A stretch of 64,000 nt of DNA. Source: Candidatus Harrisonbacteria bacterium. GTDB lineage: Bacteria; Patescibacteriota; Minisyncoccia; UBA6257; UBA11618. The position numbers and the translations under genes are program-made. Below the pieces are notes generated by a model. It worked only from the letters and a program-made list of their open reading frames with translations, was not told the origin of the DNA and did not search any database. This document shows positions 1 through 10,589 of the stretch, in pieces (position 1 is the first letter of the stretch; the number at the start of each line of letters is the position of its first letter). Where the stretch lies: contig VGJO01000002.1 of the NCBI GenBank assembly GCA_016867415.1, positions 6,835 to 70,834 on the forward strand, read 5' to 3'.

Positions 1-295
1 TTTCAAGCGCGGTGTTTGTGTCAAAGTCGCTACCATGACCCCAAAGAAGCCAAACTCTGCTCTTCGTAAGTTTGCCCGAGTCCGCCTCACCAATGGCACC
101 GAAATCACCGCTTACATTCCCGGCGAGGGCCATAATCTCCAAGAGCACTCCGTCGTCATGATCCGCGGTGGTCGTGTAAAGGATCTTCCTGGTGTCCGCT
201 ATCACATCGTCCGCGGTCGCCTTGATACCTCGGGAGTAAACGATCGCAAACAGCAGCGCTCCAAGTACGGCGCTAAAGTTGGTAAAAAGAAATAA
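1..295 (+). CDS. rpsL: 30S ribosomal protein S12, 5'-truncated by the window edge (frame continues from position 2: [23 protein letters not shown]...)
   Basis: Translation matches the S12 C-terminal region ([28 protein letters not shown]); followed by S7 and EF-G as in the str operon. Confidence 0.9.
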   Translation, partial: FKRGVCVKVATMTPKKPNSALRKFARVRLTNGTEITAYIPGEGHNLQEHSVVMIRGGRVKDLPGVRYHIVRGRLDTSGVNDRKQQRSKYGAKVGKKK

Positions 296-313
296 AGATA
301 AAAACTATTAATC

Positions 314-799
314 ATGAGACGAGCTAGAAAATATCGCAAATATCACAAACCAGATGCTAAGTACCAGAGCACCGTTGTCACCCGATTTGTCAATTACTTA
401 ATGGAAAGTGGCAAAAAAAGTGTCGCTCAAGGTGTCATCTATGATGCCTTCGATATAATAAAAGAAAAAGCTAAAGAAGAGCCTCTTCCTATTTTTGAGC
501 GCGCCTTGGAAAATGCTGCTCCTCAGCTCGAAGTAGTCACGACAAGAGTCGGTGGCGCCAACTACCAAGTCCCTCGAGAAGTCCGCGATGACCGCCGCTT
601 CATCCTTGCTGCTCGCTGGATGATTGAGGCCGCCCGTAGTGTGAAGGGTAAGCCGATGGCCGTAAAAATCGCCGAGGAAATCATGGCCGCCGCCAAAAAC
701 GAAGGGAATGCCGTCAAGAAAAAGATCAACACCCACCGTATGGCTGAAGCCAACCGCGCCTTCGCTCACTTTGCCCGTTCCTCCGCCCCTCGCCACTAA
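314..799 (+). CDS. rpsG: 30S ribosomal protein S7
   Basis: 161 aa; S7-like sequence and str-operon position between S12 and EF-G. Confidence 0.93.
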   Translation: MRRARKYRKYHKPDAKYQSTVVTRFVNYLMESGKKSVAQGVIYDAFDIIKEKAKEEPLPIFERALENAAPQLEVVTTRVGGANYQVPREVRDDRRFILAARWMIEAARSVKGKPMAVKIAEEIMAAAKNEGNAVKKKINTHRMAEANRAFAHFARSSAPRH

Positions 800-881
800 T
801 TTTTCCCCGCCCGACTTTGAGTAGTTTATATTTTTTTAGTCCTACTATAAATAACAATATATTGTAAAATACATCACCATT

Positions 882-2993
882 ATGGCCCGAGAATATCCTA
901 TAGAAAGAGTTCGCGATATTGGTATCGTCGCTCACATCGACGCTGGCAAGACTACCGTCTCCGAGCGTATTCTTTTTTATACCGGCGTTTCCCATAAGAT
1001 CGGAGAGGTACATGAGGGCGACACCGTAATGGACTGGATGGAGCAGGAGCGCGAGCGTGGTATCACTATTACCGCCGCCGCCACGACCTGTTTTTGGACC
1101 CCGACCTATGCAAAGGATAATAAGGGTCAGGATTACCGAATTAATCTCATCGACACTCCAGGCCACATCGACTTTACCGTTGAGGTGAAACGCTCCATGC
1201 GTGTCTTAGATGGTGCTTGTGTCGTCTTTGATGGCGTAGCTGGCGTGGAAGCGCAATCCGAGACTAATTGGCGCTATGCCGACGAATACATGGTGCCCCG
1301 CATCTGCTTTATTAATAAGCTCGATCGCACGGGCGCGAGTTTTGATAATAGCTTCAAGTCTATTTTGGATAAATTAAATCCCAACGCCATCCAAATGCAG
1401 ATTCCGATTGGCATGGAAGGAAATTTTGAGGGTCTCATCGATCTTCTGTCTGGTAAAGTCTACCGCTTTGAAGGTGTAAAAGGTGAAAAAATAATCGAAA
1501 GCAGTGATATTCCTGAGGACTACAAAGAACAGTATAAAGAAAAGCGGGGGAAGCTCATTGAACGCATCGTCGAGCATGACGATACCGCTATGGGAAGCTA
1601 TCTTGAAGGCGAGGAAGTCTCTGTTGCGGATCTAAAGCGCATTCTCCGCAAAGCTACTTTAGAAATCAAGCTTATCCCAGTCTTCACCGGCTCCGCTTTA
1701 AAAAATAAAGGTGTCCAGCTCATGCTTGATGGCATCATCGACTATCTTCCTTCTCCTGCCGATGTTCTCCCGGCCAAAGGCACAGATCCGGATTCCGGCG
1801 CCGAGATCACTCGTCTTGCCACTGATGATGAAAAATTCTCCGCGCTTGCTTTCAAAATTGCCGCTGATCCTTTTGTTGGTTCCCTCACCTTTTTTCGAGT
1901 CTATTCGGGCGTCCTTCGTACCGGCAGTTACGTCTTTAATACCAATAAGGGAATCAAGGAGCGCGTTGGCCGCATTCTCCGGATGCACGCCAATCACCGT
2001 GAAGATGTAGAGGAAATCCATGCTGGTGACCTTGGCGCCTTAGTCGGTATGAAAGATACCACAACTGGCGACACCCTAGCCGATCCCGAAAATCCAATCA
2101 TTCTCGAAAAAATTATCTTCCCCGAACCGGTTATCAGTATGCGTATCGAGCCCAAGACCAAAGTCGACCAGGAAAAAATGGGTATTGCCCTCCGTCGTCT
2201 TGCTGAAGAAGATCCAACTTTCCGCGTAGGTGGCGACGCCGAAACCGGGGAAACTATTATCAGTGGCATGGGTGAGCTCCAGCTTGAGATCATCGTCGAC
2301 CGCATGAAGCGCGAGTTTAAGGTAGAGGCCAACGTCGGCCGTCCGCAAGTCGCCTATCGAGAAACCATCCAAGGGAGCGCCGAAGCCGAAGGAAAATACA
2401 TCCGTCAGTCTGGTGGTCGCGGTCAGTATGGTCATTGCTGGCTCAAAGTGGAAGCCAATGAAAAAGGTGCGGGTTTTGAATTCATAGATGCTATCAAGGG
2501 TGGTGTCATTCCCCGTGAGTACATCCCAGCAGTAGAAAAAGGTGTCAAAGAAGCCGTTGAGAGGGGAGTCCTCGCCGGCTACCCGATAGTAGACGTCAAA
2601 GTCACTCTTTTTGATGGCAGTTTCCATGAAGTTGACTCCTCCGAAGCCGCTTTTAAGATCGCTGGTTCTATTGCTTTCCAGGATGGCGTTAAGCAAAGCA
2701 AGCCCGTCCTTCTTGAGCCGATCATGAAAGTACAGGTCATCACCCCAGCCGATTTTATGGGTGATGTCACTGGTGATATTAGCTCCAAGCGCGGCCGAAT
2801 CGAATCCATGGACGACCGCATGGGCGTAAAGGTAATTGAGGCTCTAATTCCTCTCTCTGAAATGTTCGGCTATGCGACTAAACTTCGCTCGATTACTCAA
2901 GGCCGTGGATCCTTCTCGATGGAATTCAGCAACTACGAGCCAATGCCAAACAATGTTGCTCAAGGCATCATCGAAGGCAAAGCCCAAAAGTAA
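882..2993 (+). CDS. fusA: Elongation factor G
   Basis: 703 aa; G-domain motifs [21 protein letters not shown]; EF-G domains IV/V. Confidence 0.95.
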   Translation: MAREYPIERVRDIGIVAHIDAGKTTVSERILFYTGVSHKIGEVHEGDTVMDWMEQERERGITITAAATTCFWTPTYAKDNKGQDYRINLIDTPGHIDFTVEVKRSMRVLDGACVVFDGVAGVEAQSETNWRYADEYMVPRICFINKLDRTGASFDNSFKSILDKLNPNAIQMQIPIGMEGNFEGLIDLLSGKVYRFEGVKGEKIIESSDIPEDYKEQYKEKRGKLIERIVEHDDTAMGSYLEGEEVSVADLKRILRKATLEIKLIPVFTGSALKNKGVQLMLDGIIDYLPSPADVLPAKGTDPDSGAEITRLATDDEKFSALAFKIAADPFVGSLTFFRVYSGVLRTGSYVFNTNKGIKERVGRILRMHANHREDVEEIHAGDLGALVGMKDTTTGDTLADPENPIILEKIIFPEPVISMRIEPKTKVDQEKMGIALRRLAEEDPTFRVGGDAETGETIISGMGELQLEIIVDRMKREFKVEANVGRPQVAYRETIQGSAEAEGKYIRQSGGRGQYGHCWLKVEANEKGAGFEFIDAIKGGVIPREYIPAVEKGVKEAVERGVLAGYPIVDVKVTLFDGSFHEVDSSEAAFKIAGSIAFQDGVKQSKPVLLEPIMKVQVITPADFMGDVTGDISSKRGRIESMDDRMGVKVIEALIPLSEMFGYATKLRSITQGRGSFSMEFSNYEPMPNNVAQGIIEGKAQK

Positions 2994-3024
2994 ACTGTGC
3001 CTGTCATAGTCTACTGCAATTTAT

Positions 3025-3074
3025 AAAAAACACTGTCGTAAAATATAATAAATATTTTACGACAGTGTTTTTTA
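3025..3074. terminator. Bidirectional intrinsic terminator after fusA
   Basis: Near-perfect 21-bp stem AAAAAACACTGTCGTAAAATA / TATTTTACGACAGTGTTTTTT with 7-nt loop; A-run on one side and T-run on the other. Confidence 0.8.
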
Positions 3075-3135
3075 TCCCCAGTTTGACAAATAAGAAAATT
3101 TAAGTATACTAAATATTGTCAAATAGTGAGTTTTT

Positions 3136-3489
3136 TTGCACCTTAAATTTCCTCTAGAAACAAAAAGGATCCTTCCTATGCATGAACATTTAAACTTCCG
3201 ATCCATCACGACTAAAGAGGTATTTAAAATCCTCTTTGATGTGAACAGCGAGGCCTTCGAAGCCAACTTTTTTGCTTTTATCGGAGAACATTTTTCCGAA
3301 AGGATCAAAGAAGAACTCTTCCGACGCTACGATCATTACCAACGCGGCGGCAGAAATGATATCTTCGACGACAACTTCTGGAATTCGTATCTGAGTGGTC
3401 TCAATCTGATGCCCGAATCAAAAGCTCATCTTGGAGAGGAGCTCGCCGAGCTTTTGACGTCTTTCCGAGCCGCCATCGCTCTTTGCTAA
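3136..3489 (+). CDS. Hypothetical small protein (likely real start MHEHLNF at 3178); inserted between fusA and tuf
   Basis: 117-aa ORF with plausible RBS (aaaggat) before the internal Met; no recognisable family. Confidence 0.4.
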   Translation: MHLKFPLETKRILPMHEHLNFRSITTKEVFKILFDVNSEAFEANFFAFIGEHFSERIKEELFRRYDHYQRGGRNDIFDDNFWNSYLSGLNLMPESKAHLGEELAELLTSFRAAIALC

Positions 3490-3535
3490 CATCCTTTCTC
3501 GAATCATCCCTCGCTCTTCGCAAAGGAAGTTATTC

Positions 3536-3817
3536 ATGACCTTGGACGAAACCAGTCAATTTGGTGACGTGATCAGATTTCTAAATTCTGATCAAGGGAA
3601 GTCAAAGCGTCTCGCCGCCCTCCGTCGCATCCGCAAAGACCAGTTGTCAAAACTTACGCAAGCCGACCCGGTGCTCTACCTGCTCTTCATCCGTGCTTGC
3701 CGAAATAAGGGTAAGCATACTGATCTTGAAAAAAACTTCTTTCGGCTGGTCAATGATTTTTCAAGCGACCCTGCCGCCCTTCGTCAAGATCTTTCCACAC
3801 TTCTCAAAGCCGCCTAA
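3536..3817 (+). CDS. Hypothetical small helical protein
   Basis: 93-aa ORF followed by its own intrinsic terminator. Confidence 0.45.
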   Translation: MTLDETSQFGDVIRFLNSDQGKSKRLAALRRIRKDQLSKLTQADPVLYLLFIRACRNKGKHTDLEKNFFRLVNDFSSDPAALRQDLSTLLKAA

Positions 3818-3842
3818 CAGTTTGTCTCTGAAACCCCCTTAT

Positions 3843-3871
3843 CCCTGCACTCTAGAGTGCAGGTTTTTTTC
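3843..3871 (+). terminator. Intrinsic terminator
   Basis: Hairpin CCTGCACTC TA GAGTGCAGG followed by TTTTTTT. Confidence 0.8.
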
Positions 3872-3893
3872 ATAAAATGATATAATAAAAACA

Positions 3894-4619
3894 ATGCCTC
3901 TTTTCATAAAAATCCTTTCTCTGGGGATTATCGCCCTTGGCGGCTACTATTATTTTTTCAGTTCTCCTATCCTTATTAAAAAAGTTTCTTTTAAAAGCGA
4001 AGATGGCGTTCGCCTAATAGGCAATTATTACCGAAAAAAAGATGCTGTGCAAGAAAAAGCTGTCATCCTCGTTCCCGGCCTGCCCGCAACAAGAAAAAGC
4101 CTCCGAGAGCTCGCCACTCGTCTAGTGAAAGAAGGTTTTTTTGTCCTCACTCTTGATCTCCGTGGTTCCGGTGATTCCACAAAAGGCATTCATCCGCCTA
4201 CTAACTTTAACGAAAAAAAATATAAAGCCTCCAAGCTCGACCTCGAGGCCGCCCACACCTGGCTCTTTAATCAGGGCTTTCGTGATCCGGCTATCTACAT
4301 GGGCGGTGTGGGAATTGGCGCTAATCTTGTTCTGGAGTATGCCAGCCTCCATCCAAAGACTCCCGCTCTTTTTGCCCTTTCCCCGACTCCTGAAAGTTTT
4401 GGGATCCGGCCGATGGATTTCATTGGCAATATCAATCCCTCTATTCGCATTCTTTTCCTCACTTCCACCTCCGAGCTCGAAAATCGCCAAGCTATAGATA
4501 TTTTCTCTTCATTCTTGCCAAATTCTTCTACTCAAATCTATAAAGTAGGCGGTCACGGATCTTCGCTCCTTTTACAATATCCCAAAGCCGCTATCGATAT
4601 CATTAATTTTTTCCAGTAA
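3894..4619 (+). CDS. Membrane-anchored alpha/beta-hydrolase-fold protein (nucleophile elbow reads GGVGIG, serine apparently absent)
   Basis: N-terminal TM helix; VILVPGL...LDLRGSGDS oxyanion/HGG-like region typical of alpha/beta hydrolases; GxSxG replaced by G-G-V-G-I-G. Confidence 0.5.
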   Translation: MPLFIKILSLGIIALGGYYYFFSSPILIKKVSFKSEDGVRLIGNYYRKKDAVQEKAVILVPGLPATRKSLRELATRLVKEGFFVLTLDLRGSGDSTKGIHPPTNFNEKKYKASKLDLEAAHTWLFNQGFRDPAIYMGGVGIGANLVLEYASLHPKTPALFALSPTPESFGIRPMDFIGNINPSIRILFLTSTSELENRQAIDIFSSFLPNSSTQIYKVGGHGSSLLLQYPKAAIDIINFFQ

Positions 4620-4622
4620 GGA

Positions 4623-4651
4623 TTGACAAAAGAAAAAGGGAAATATACAAT
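4623..4651 (+). promoter_or_regulatory. Consensus sigma70 promoter for tuf (-35 TTGACA 4623-4628, 17-bp spacer, -10 TACAAT 4646-4651)
   Basis: Exact TTGACA, 17-bp spacer, TACAAT about 50 nt upstream of tuf ATG. Confidence 0.7.
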
Positions 4652-4700
4652 AAACTTTACAGAAAAAATTAATTATTAAGTAAATAAGTAAAGTAAAAAA

Positions 4701-5900
4701 ATGGCTGAAAAGGCAAAATTTGAAAGAAACAAACCGCACGTAAACGTCGGTACTATTGGTCACGTTGACCACGGCAAGTCTACAACCACTGCCGCTATCA
4801 CCCACGTCCTTCACTTGAAGGGACTCATCGCAAAAGAAGTCGGAGTTGATGACCTCGATAAAGCTCCGGAAGAAAAGGCGCGTGGAATAACGATCTCCAT
4901 TCACCACTCCGAGTACGAGACCGAGAATCGTCACTATGCTCACATTGACGCCCCTGGTCACGCAGATTACATCAAAAACATGATCACTGGTGCCGCTCAA
5001 ATGGATGGCGCCATCCTCGTAGTTTCCGCCGCTGACGGCCCAATGCCGCAAACTCGCGAGCACATCCTTCTCGCTCGCCAAGTCGGCGTACCTTCGATTA
5101 TTGTCTTCTTAAACAAGTGCGATATGGTGGATGACCCTGAGCTTATCGATCTCGTCGAGCAGGAAGTTCGTGAACTTTTGAAAAAGTATGAATACCCTGG
5201 AGACACGACTCCAGTAGTCCGCGGTTCCTCTTTGAAGGCTTTAAATGCTACGAGTGTTGATGATCCGGCCATAAAGCCGATTCTTGACCTTGCTGCCGCT
5301 TTAGATTCTTACATTCCTCAGCCTGTTCGAGATACTGACAAGCCCTTCCTTATGCCGATCGAAGACATCTTCTCAATTGAAGGTCGCGGTACCGTCGTCA
5401 CTGGCCGTATTGAGCGCGGTATTATGAAGGTTAACGACGAGTGCGAAATAATCGGTCTTAAAGACACCCAAAAGTCCGTTATTACCGGTATTGAAATGTT
5501 CAATAAACTCCTCGACGAAGGTCGGGCTGGAGACAACGTCGGCGTCCTTCTCCGCGGTTTGAAGAAAGAAGATGTGGAGCGCGGCCAAGTAATCGCGAAG
5601 GGCGGTTCGGTCAACCCACACACTGATTTCGAAGCGGAAGTTTATATCTTAAGCAAAGAAGAAGGTGGTCGTCACACCCCATTCTTCAAGGGTTATAAAC
5701 CGCAGTTCTATATCCGCACCACTGACGTCACCGGCGAAGTAATGCTTCCTGAAGGTGTTGAGATGGTTATGCCCGGCGACACGATTAAATTCAATGTTAA
5801 GTTGATCGCTCCAGTCGCTTTGGAAGAAAAGCAGCGCTTCGCTATCCGCGAGGGTGGCAAGACTGTTGGTGCCGGCGTGGTCACTAAGATTAATAAGTAA
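4701..5900 (+). CDS. tuf: Elongation factor Tu
   Basis: 399 aa; [21 protein letters not shown] motifs; full EF-Tu length. Confidence 0.97.
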   Translation: MAEKAKFERNKPHVNVGTIGHVDHGKSTTTAAITHVLHLKGLIAKEVGVDDLDKAPEEKARGITISIHHSEYETENRHYAHIDAPGHADYIKNMITGAAQMDGAILVVSAADGPMPQTREHILLARQVGVPSIIVFLNKCDMVDDPELIDLVEQEVRELLKKYEYPGDTTPVVRGSSLKALNATSVDDPAIKPILDLAAALDSYIPQPVRDTDKPFLMPIEDIFSIEGRGTVVTGRIERGIMKVNDECEIIGLKDTQKSVITGIEMFNKLLDEGRAGDNVGVLLRGLKKEDVERGQVIAKGGSVNPHTDFEAEVYILSKEEGGRHTPFFKGYKPQFYIRTTDVTGEVMLPEGVEMVMPGDTIKFNVKLIAPVALEEKQRFAIREGGKTVGAGVVTKINK

Positions 5901-5917
5901 TATTTATCTCAAGCTCT

Positions 5918-6253
5918 TTGAAGATTATGGCTACTAAAACAGATCAAAAAGACAAATTACGCTTACGCATCAAAGCCTATGACAATAAGCTCATCGACAA
6001 TTCCTGTCGGCAGATTGTCCAGGTTGCCAAGCGTCACGATGCGGAAATTATTGGCCCTATTCCGCTTCCTACTGAGACCAGAAAGTACACTGTTAATCGA
6101 TCTACTTTCGTCCATAAGAACTCTCGGGAACAGTTTGAGCTGCGGGTTCATAAGCGCCTCATTGATATTTTGAATCCTAATGTGGCAATCATCGAATCCC
6201 TTTCCAGCCTTAATCTTCCGTCGGGTATTGATATTGAGATAAAAATGGTGTAA
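5918..6253 (+). CDS. rpsJ: 30S ribosomal protein S10 (alternative start at 5927)
   Basis: S10 sequence (RLRIKAYDNKLIDNSCRQIVQVAKRHDAEIIGPIPLPT) at the head of the S10 operon. Confidence 0.93.
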   Translation: MKIMATKTDQKDKLRLRIKAYDNKLIDNSCRQIVQVAKRHDAEIIGPIPLPTETRKYTVNRSTFVHKNSREQFELRVHKRLIDILNPNVAIIESLSSLNLPSGIDIEIKMV

Positions 6254-6326
6254 ACTACCTGAGTTAATTGATTCCTAAACCTCTGACCCAATGCGTCAAG
6301 TTTAAAATGTGGTAGCTTGATGGACA

Positions 6327-6360
6327 TAAAAAACGTCCGGATCGCTCCGGGCGTTTTTTA
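6327..6360 (+). terminator. Intrinsic terminator/attenuator hairpin between rpsJ and rplC
   Basis: AAAACGUCCGG ... CCGGGCGUUUU stem (one G-U) followed by U-run. Confidence 0.6.
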
Positions 6361-6394
6361 TCGGCAAAAGAGGAAGGAGATCTAAGCCAAAATC

Positions 6395-6823
6395 ATGAAA
6401 AAAATCATCGGCGAAAAACTGAAAATGACCCAGGTTTGGAAAAACGATATTGTCGTCCCAGTTTCCATCATTCGGATTAAGGAAGATTCTGATTTTTCCG
6501 ACTTAAAAGAAGGTGTCCTCGTCAAAGTAAGCGGTCTTAACAAGGGGCATGGTTTTCAGGGTACGGTAAAGCGGCATGGTTTTGGTGGTGGTCCTAAGAC
6601 GCATGGTCAGAAAAATCGTTTCCGTGCCCCGGGTTCTATCGGTCACACCGCACCTCAAAGAGTTATTAAGGGAAAGCGTATGGCCGGCCGAATGGGCCAA
6701 GAAAGAATCACCGTCAAAAATCTCAAAGTAGTCGAAGTCATCGCTGATACTCGTGAGCTTTTTCTCCGTGGCGCTGTCCCTGGTAGTAAAGGTGGCAAAA
6801 TTGAAGTCTACTATGAAAACTAA
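6395..6823 (+). CDS. rplC: 50S ribosomal protein L3, compact form (142 aa; central region of canonical L3 absent)
   Basis: N-terminal KMTQVW and C-terminal GKRMAGRMG...V.G.VPG motifs of L3; about 60 aa shorter than E. coli L3. Confidence 0.85.
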   Translation: MKKIIGEKLKMTQVWKNDIVVPVSIIRIKEDSDFSDLKEGVLVKVSGLNKGHGFQGTVKRHGFGGGPKTHGQKNRFRAPGSIGHTAPQRVIKGKRMAGRMGQERITVKNLKVVEVIADTRELFLRGAVPGSKGGKIEVYYEN

Positions 6824-7421
6824 TCTCTACAATTTGGATAATAAAGTAATCGGCGAGATTGACTTGAGCGACGCTATTTTCGGCCGCGCTTGGAATCCTG
6901 ATCTCGTTCATCAGGTAGTAGTAGCAATGGATGCTAACGCTCGTTTGCCATGGGCGCATACCAAAACTCGTGGAGAAGTTCGTGGTGGTGGCAAAAAACC
7001 TTGGAAGCAAAAGGGGACTGGCCGTGCTCGTCATGGCTCTACTCGTTCTCCTATCTGGGTTGGTGGTGGTATTACTTTTGGTCCGAGAAACGACCGCAAT
7101 TATTCCCAAAAAGTAAACAAGAAAATGCTCCGCGCCGCCTTGCACAGTGTTTTGGCCAAAAAGTTTCAGGAAGGAGAGGTGAAGATTGTTTCTGATTTTA
7201 CTTCTGCTAATTGGAAGACAAAATCCGCCACTGCTATTTTGAAAAAACTCGGCATCGAAAACGCCTCTATTATTCCTTCTCTTGAGGATAAGAATTTAAA
7301 AATCGCTACTCGCAACTTGAAAAAAATTTCCTGTCTCTCCGCCACTAATTTAAATATCTCAGATATCATTCGGCACAAATCCGTCGTCATTTCCGCTGAT
7401 AGCGTAACTGCGATCCGATAA
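6813..7421 (+). CDS. rplD: 50S ribosomal protein L4 (likely start MKTNLYNL at 6813, overlapping rplC stop; in-frame ORF extends to 6753)
   Basis: L4 family sequence (GGGKKPWKQKGTGRARHGS); operon order. Confidence 0.9.
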   Translation: MKTNLYNLDNKVIGEIDLSDAIFGRAWNPDLVHQVVVAMDANARLPWAHTKTRGEVRGGGKKPWKQKGTGRARHGSTRSPIWVGGGITFGPRNDRNYSQKVNKKMLRAALHSVLAKKFQEGEVKIVSDFTSANWKTKSATAILKKLGIENASIIPSLEDKNLKIATRNLKKISCLSATNLNISDIIRHKSVVISADSVTAIR

Positions 7422-7425
7422 ATCT

Positions 7426-7701
7426 ATGAACAAGTTTTTATTAAAAAAACCGATCGTTACCGAAAAATCCTCCAAGGCCTCCGAGACTGGAAAATACACC
7501 TTTATGGTTAAGGATGAGGCAAATAAAGTAGAACTCAAAAAAATTCTTGAGAAGACCTACAAAGTAAAGATTATTGGTATCAATATTTTGAATACGCAAA
7601 AGAAGCAGAAGCGAGTCGGACGCTTTATCGGCTTCAAGCCGGGTTATAAAAAGGCTATTGTCACCTTAAAGGCTGGAGAAAAAATAACAAATATCGGTTA
7701 A
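7426..7701 (+). CDS. rplW: 50S ribosomal protein L23
   Basis: 91 aa, L23-like; position between L4 and L2. Confidence 0.9.
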   Translation: MNKFLLKKPIVTEKSSKASETGKYTFMVKDEANKVELKKILEKTYKVKIIGINILNTQKKQKRVGRFIGFKPGYKKAIVTLKAGEKITNIG

Positions 7702-7711
7702 TCCCACTCTT

Positions 7712-8551
7712 ATGAAAAAATACAAACCGACAACTAAATCTCTCCGCGGTACTACTGTAGTAGACTACAGCTCTTTTGTGACGACCAAAAAGCCATTTAA
7801 GCGTCTCACTGAGAGAATTAAACAAAGCGCTGGTCGCAATCATCATGGTCGCATCACCATGAGGCACCAAGGCGGTGGCAATAAAAAGACCTATCGGACC
7901 ATTGATTTCAAACAGGATCGTTTTAATATTCCCGCCCGAGTGGAAACTATCGAATATAGCCCCTATCACAGCGCCTTTATTGCTCTTGTAGTTTACAAGG
8001 ATGGTCTCCGCTCTTACATTCTCGCTACCAAAGACGTAAAAGTAGGGGACATTCTCACGACCTCCGAAGATGCTAAGCTCACTCCTGGCAATCGCCTTCC
8101 TTTGAAAAAAATCCCCGTTGGTTATAGCGTAAACAATGTTGAGCTCACTCGCGGTACTGGTGGCAAAATTGCCCGTTCCGCCGGCACCTCCGTCGAAATA
8201 TTGGCACACGACGCCGGCTATACCGACTTAAAGCTTGGTTCCCGGGCAGTCCGTAAAGTCTCCTCCGAAAGCTTGGCGACTATCGGCCAGATATCCAATA
8301 TCGAATGGTCACTAGTAAAGATTGGTAAGGCCGGTCGCAATCGCTGGCTCGGTGTTCGTCCAACCGTCCGTGGTACTGCTATGAATCCAGTTGATCACCC
8401 TTATGGTGGTGGAGAACAGAAACAACCTCGTGGCACTAAACGCCCGAAGGACATTTGGGGTAATATCACTGGTGGCAGAAAGACCCGAAAGCGCAAGAAG
8501 TGGTCTGATCACCTCATTGTTTCACGCCGTATCAATAAAGTAAGAAAATAA
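7712..8551 (+). CDS. rplB: 50S ribosomal protein L2
   Basis: 279 aa; conserved L2 C-terminal [15 protein letters not shown]... motif. Confidence 0.95.
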   Translation: MKKYKPTTKSLRGTTVVDYSSFVTTKKPFKRLTERIKQSAGRNHHGRITMRHQGGGNKKTYRTIDFKQDRFNIPARVETIEYSPYHSAFIALVVYKDGLRSYILATKDVKVGDILTTSEDAKLTPGNRLPLKKIPVGYSVNNVELTRGTGGKIARSAGTSVEILAHDAGYTDLKLGSRAVRKVSSESLATIGQISNIEWSLVKIGKAGRNRWLGVRPTVRGTAMNPVDHPYGGGEQKQPRGTKRPKDIWGNITGGRKTRKRKKWSDHLIVSRRINKVRK

Positions 8552-8555
8552 ACCT

Positions 8556-8891
8556 ATGAGCAGAAGTTCTAAAAAAGGTCCATACGTCGACCAGAAATTA
8601 ATTAAAAAGCTTTCAAAGATCAGTCCGTCTGATAAGACCGTGATTAATACTTGGGCTCGCGCCTCAGAAATTTCTCCAGAAATGGTTGGCTTCACTTTAG
8701 GAATTCACAATGGCCGAAAGCACATTCCAGTCAAAATCCGCGAAGAAATGGTTGGTCACCGACTTGGTGAATTTTCTCCTACCCGCACCTTCAGTAAGCA
8801 CGGCGGTAAAATTCAAAAAGAACTCGAGCAAAAAGCTGCCTTAGCCGCTAAGACCGCCTCTCAGGCCGCTAAGACCGAAGGTAAGAAATAA
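8556..8891 (+). CDS. rpsS: 30S ribosomal protein S19 with Lys/Ala-rich C-terminal extension
   Basis: SKKGPYVD ... HNGRKHIPV motif of S19. Confidence 0.93.
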   Translation: MSRSSKKGPYVDQKLIKKLSKISPSDKTVINTWARASEISPEMVGFTLGIHNGRKHIPVKIREEMVGHRLGEFSPTRTFSKHGGKIQKELEQKAALAAKTASQAAKTEGKK

Positions 8892-8899
8892 ATATTTCT

Positions 8900-9406
8900 A
8901 TGAAAGAAACTACTGTAAAACTTCGATACTTGAAGATGGCGCCTCGTAAGGTTCGCTTAGTTGCTCATTCGGTTAAAGGTCTTCATACCACTGAAGCCGA
9001 AGCTCAACTCATGCTTCGTGCCAAGCGCGCCACTACTCCAGTCATTAAGCTCATCCGAGCTGGGATTGCGAGCGCCCGAGAAAAAGGTATGAACCCAAAT
9101 GCCCTAGTAATTAAGACTTTTCAAGTGGACCAAGGGCCAATGCTAAAGCGTGTTCTTCCGGCCGCTATGGGTCGCGCCAACACCATGCAGAAAAAAATGA
9201 GCCATCTCACCTTAGTTCTTGCCGAAGGTAAAGCTATTCTTCCTCCTTTTAATATTGTTCGAAAAAAACCAAAAACCGCCAAAGAAACCGTAAAGCCCAT
9301 CAAAAAAACCGAACGCACAGAAAAAAATAAAGAAAAAAATAAGGTCGTTGTCGAGGATAAAAATACCGGCATCATGAAAAAAATATTCCGTCGGAAAAGC
9401 GTCTAA
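8900..9406 (+). CDS. rplV: 50S ribosomal protein L22 with long lysine-rich C-terminal extension
   Basis: L22 core (APRKVRLVAHSVKG...) plus roughly 55-aa K-rich tail. Confidence 0.9.
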   Translation: MKETTVKLRYLKMAPRKVRLVAHSVKGLHTTEAEAQLMLRAKRATTPVIKLIRAGIASAREKGMNPNALVIKTFQVDQGPMLKRVLPAAMGRANTMQKKMSHLTLVLAEGKAILPPFNIVRKKPKTAKETVKPIKKTERTEKNKEKNKVVVEDKNTGIMKKIFRRKSV

Positions 9407-9450
9407 TTAGACAAAAAAGACACTAATAATTATAATTAGGCACTAAAAGT

Positions 9451-10164
9451 ATGGGACAAAAGATTAGACCAGATTCGCTTCGGCTCGGCATTGTTAATGA
9501 TTGGCACGCCCGTTGGTTTGCTAAGAAGTCTTTCCGCACCTATCTGCAAGAAGATGTGGTTATTCGCGCCGCTGTCATGAAACGCATCGCCACCGCCGGC
9601 GTGGTAAACATTAAAATAGAGAGAAACAGCAGTAATGACTGTCGCGTCACTATAAAAGCCGCTCGCCCAGGTCTCATTATTGGTCGGGGAGGAAAGGGGA
9701 TTGAAGAACTCACCGCTTTTATCGAAAAAGCCTTGACCACAATGCGCAAGAAAAATAATCTTGCAAAAGGTCCTCACTCCAAGCTTAAAATCTCCATTGA
9801 AGACTTAAAAGCGCAAGACATTTTCTCTGCCGTCATCGCCCAAAATATCGCTCTTGATCTTGAAAAGCGTATGCCTTTCCGTCGCCTCTTAAAGAAAGCA
9901 ATCGATACCGCCATGCAAAACAGAGATGTGAAAGGCATAAAAGTCCGGGTCTCCGGTCGCTTAAACGGCTCCGAAATTGCCCGTAGTGAATCTCTATCAA
10001 AAGGCAGTCTTCCCCTCCAGACTCTCCGCGCGCTTATTGACTATGCGGAAGCCACTGCTTTTACTACCTATGGCACAATCGGCGTCAAAGTTTGGCTTTA
10101 CAAAGGCCAGGTTTTTGAAGATAATAAACCCTCAAAAGAAAAATCCGGCGATTCAGAAAAATAA
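9451..10164 (+). CDS. rpsC: 30S ribosomal protein S3
   Basis: MGQKIRPDSLRLGI... KH domain GRGGKGIEEL. Confidence 0.95.
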   Translation: MGQKIRPDSLRLGIVNDWHARWFAKKSFRTYLQEDVVIRAAVMKRIATAGVVNIKIERNSSNDCRVTIKAARPGLIIGRGGKGIEELTAFIEKALTTMRKKNNLAKGPHSKLKISIEDLKAQDIFSAVIAQNIALDLEKRMPFRRLLKKAIDTAMQNRDVKGIKVRVSGRLNGSEIARSESLSKGSLPLQTLRALIDYAEATAFTTYGTIGVKVWLYKGQVFEDNKPSKEKSGDSEK

Positions 10165-10173
10165 ACCAAAAGT

Positions 10174-10584
10174 ATGTTACTTCCTAAAAAGGTCAAACAT
10201 CGAAAGTGGCAAAAAGGCCGGTCCCGCAAGCGGACCATTGAGACTCGGGGCACCAAGCTTTCCTACGGAAGCTTCGGCTTGAAGGCCGAATCCGCCGCCT
10301 GGATTACAAGTAAGCAGATCGAAGCCGCCCGCCGCACGATCACCAACTTTTTAAAGCGAGAAGGCACCGTCTATATCCGCATTTTTCCAGATAAGCCAGT
10401 CACCATGCGTCCGCCAGAAGTTACTATGGGTGGTGGCAAGGGTGCCGTTGATCACTATGTCTTTGCTGTCCGTCCCGGTCGCGTCCTCTTTGAAGTCGAT
10501 GGAGTAGATCAAAAGAAAGCCGATCGAGCCTTGAGCCTTGCAGGCTACAAGCTTCCGGTGAAGACCCGCGTCATCGGTAAATAA
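10174..10584 (+). CDS. rplP: 50S ribosomal protein L16
   Basis: MLLPKKVKHRKWQKGR start typical of L16. Confidence 0.95.
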   Translation: MLLPKKVKHRKWQKGRSRKRTIETRGTKLSYGSFGLKAESAAWITSKQIEAARRTITNFLKREGTVYIRIFPDKPVTMRPPEVTMGGGKGAVDHYVFAVRPGRVLFEVDGVDQKKADRALSLAGYKLPVKTRVIGK

Positions 10585-10589
10585 TTTTT

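Noticed and set aside
398-2696. Antisense ORFs inside rpsG and fusA (for example 398..796 -, 2076..2696 -, 1698..2021 -)
   Set aside because: Fully embedded antisense to highly conserved EF-G/S7 coding sequence; typical spurious ORFs of the opposite strand.
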